In this document: positions 61,975 to 64,000 of the stretch, one piece after another | Layout: each line of letters starts with the position of its first letter | Numbering within the stretch: the first letter of the stretch is position 1 | Assembly: GCA_002269645.1 (NCBI GenBank) | Contig: NIVC01000225.1 | Coordinates: forward strand, 536,416 to 600,415 | Source: Macrostomum lignano | Lineage: Eukaryota | Reading direction: 5' to 3' | DNA length: 64,000 nt | Program-made: the position numbers and the translations under genes | Notes under the pieces: model-generated | Database searches by the model: none | Told to the model about the DNA's origin: nothing | What the model saw: the letters and a program-made list of their open reading frames with translations, nothing else

Positions 61975-62620
61975 GTCAAACCTTGTAAGCCTTGACATGT
62001 CAGTAATTCCCCCCCCCCAGCTTTAACATATCAACTTCCCCCCTTGACATCTCAGCAATGCCCCCAATAAGCCTTGGAAATCTAAAAATATCTGTCAACC
62101 TTCTAACCCTAACCCTAACCCTAACCCTAACCCTAACCTAACCCTAAAGCATTGAAATTTCAGTAATTCTCTCTAAGAGTCATTATAGCACTACTACAGC
62201 ATTATAGCGATAAGCTTCTTTTATTTTTTACATAACGCTTTTTTTATCAGCGATCCCTCGCCTGAGGAGGCATCAAATAATGTAATAAAAAGTTTTCAAT
62301 AAACTACATGTAGCTTCTGACTTTAGCCTTGAAATCTCATTTATACCCCCGTGAGCCTTGACATCTCAGCTATTCCCCCCCGCGTCCGTAAGCCTTGACA
62401 TGTCAGCGATGGCCCCCATAAACCTTGAAATCTAAAAAATCCACTGTTAACCTTGAAACCCGATAAAATATAACCCTCAACCCACACCTGACCTAAACCT
62501 AACTTTAACCCAACCTAAAGCCTTGAAATCTCAGCAATTCTTCTCCCCTAAGCCTTGACATTTTAGTGATTCCTTCTTTAAGAATCACAGCACTATAACG
62601 ATTTCCACCAAGCTTTGACA
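61975..62620. repeat. Diverged duplicated units (CCTTGACAT(G/C)TCAG motifs) containing a (CCCTAA)n tract at 62103-62146
   Basis: Repeated blocks; about 7 telomere-type hexamers. Confidence 0.6.
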
Positions 62621-62929
62621 TCGTAGCAATTCCCAAATGAATCTTTTAACTTCGACATGACTTGTCTTTTATGTATACATAGTGCTACTTTTATTTTTTA
62701 CATGACTCTTCTTCTATCAGCACCCCCCCATGGCGAGCCAACAAAGAATGCAATAAAAAATTGAGTAAAGTACATGAACTTTGAAGTAGCTTCTGACTTT
62801 TGCTTTGAGATCCCAGAAACAACCCCCCCCCCCTCGTAATCTCAGTTATTCTCTGAGAGCCTTTACGTCTCAGTTTTTCTTCCCAGCACAGCATTATAGC
62901 TGCATTTCATTTTTACATGACATCCTTAA

Positions 62930-64000
62930 TGTCTGACATGACGCTTCTTTTGATTTTTACATTACACTTCTTTTATTCTTCCATGATGCTTCTTATTTTT
63001 TTAAATGACGCTTTCATTAGTTTTTAAATGAGGCTTCTATGATTTTTTCATGACGCTTCTATGATTGTTTACATGACGCTTCTATGCTTTTTACATGACG
63101 CTTCTATGCTTTTTACATGACGCTTCTATGCTTTTTACATGACGCTTCTATGATTATTTCATGACGCTTCGATGATTGTTTACATGACGCTTCTATGATT
63201 GTTTACATGATGCTTCTACGATTTCTGCAGGACGCTTCTATGATTTTTTCATGACGCTTCTATGATTTTTTCATGACGCTTCCATGATTTTTTCATGACG
63301 CTTCTATGATTTTTACATGACGCTTCCATGATTTTTTACATGACACTTCTATGATTTTTTGCATGACGCTTCTATGATTGTTTACATGACGCTTCTATGA
63401 TTTTTTACATGACGCTTCTATGATTGTTTACATGACGCTTCTATGATTTTTTACATGACGCTTCTATGATTGTTTACATGACGCTTCTATGATTTTTTAC
63501 ATGACGCTTCTATGCTTTTTACATGACGCTTCTATGATTATTTCATGACGCTTCTACGATATCTGCAGGACGCTTCTATGATTGTTTACATGACGCTTCT
63601 ATGATTTTTACATGACGCTTCTATGATTTTTTCATGACGCTCCTATGTTTTTTCATGACGCTTCTATGATTTTTTCATGACGCTTCTATGATTTTTTACA
63701 TGACGCTACTATGATTTTTACATGACGCTTCCATGATTTTTTACATGACGCTTCTATGATTTTTACATGACGCTTCTATGATTTTTACATGACGCTTCTA
63801 TGATTTTTTACATGACGCTTCCATGATTTTTTACATGACACTTCTATGATTTTTACATGACGCTTCCATGATTTTTTACATGACACTTCTATGATTTTTT
63901 TCATGACGCTTCTATGATTTTTTCATGACGCTTCTATGATTTTTTACATGACGCTACTATGATTTTTACATGACGCTTCCATGATTTTTTACATGACGCT
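62930..64000. repeat. 22-23 bp minisatellite ATGACGCTTCTATGATTTTTTAC
   Basis: Tandem units to the window end. Confidence 0.95.

Overview
Eukaryotic (animal) genomic DNA with GT-AG introns, GC-rich exons and minisatellite-filled introns. The style suggests a free-living flatworm such as Macrostomum (inference only). The left half holds four co-directional minus-strand genes reconstructed by hand from splice sites and reading phase: a PDZ-PH-RhoGAP gene of the ARHGAP21/23 type (1126-15228), FITM2 (20623-22761), an intronless FAM241 (24484-25017) and an MTMR6/7/8-type myotubularin with a degenerate FYVE finger (27272-34438). Most of their introns carry a tandem array. The right half is transposon-rich. 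It contains a full-length but disabled Ty3/Gypsy LTR element (36305-45767) with an extra 3' ORF, inserted into the terminal repeat of a hAT-like MITE, plus another MITE, two RTE-like LINE fragments, a decayed THAP-domain ORF and a decayed mariner. Between them are two tandem paralogues of an unrecognised mucin-like type I membrane protein and three related arrays of a 29-30 bp hairpin-forming repeat, each followed by a shared tail. Most long ORFs in the supplied track are artefacts of repeats. All alignments and counts were made by eye.
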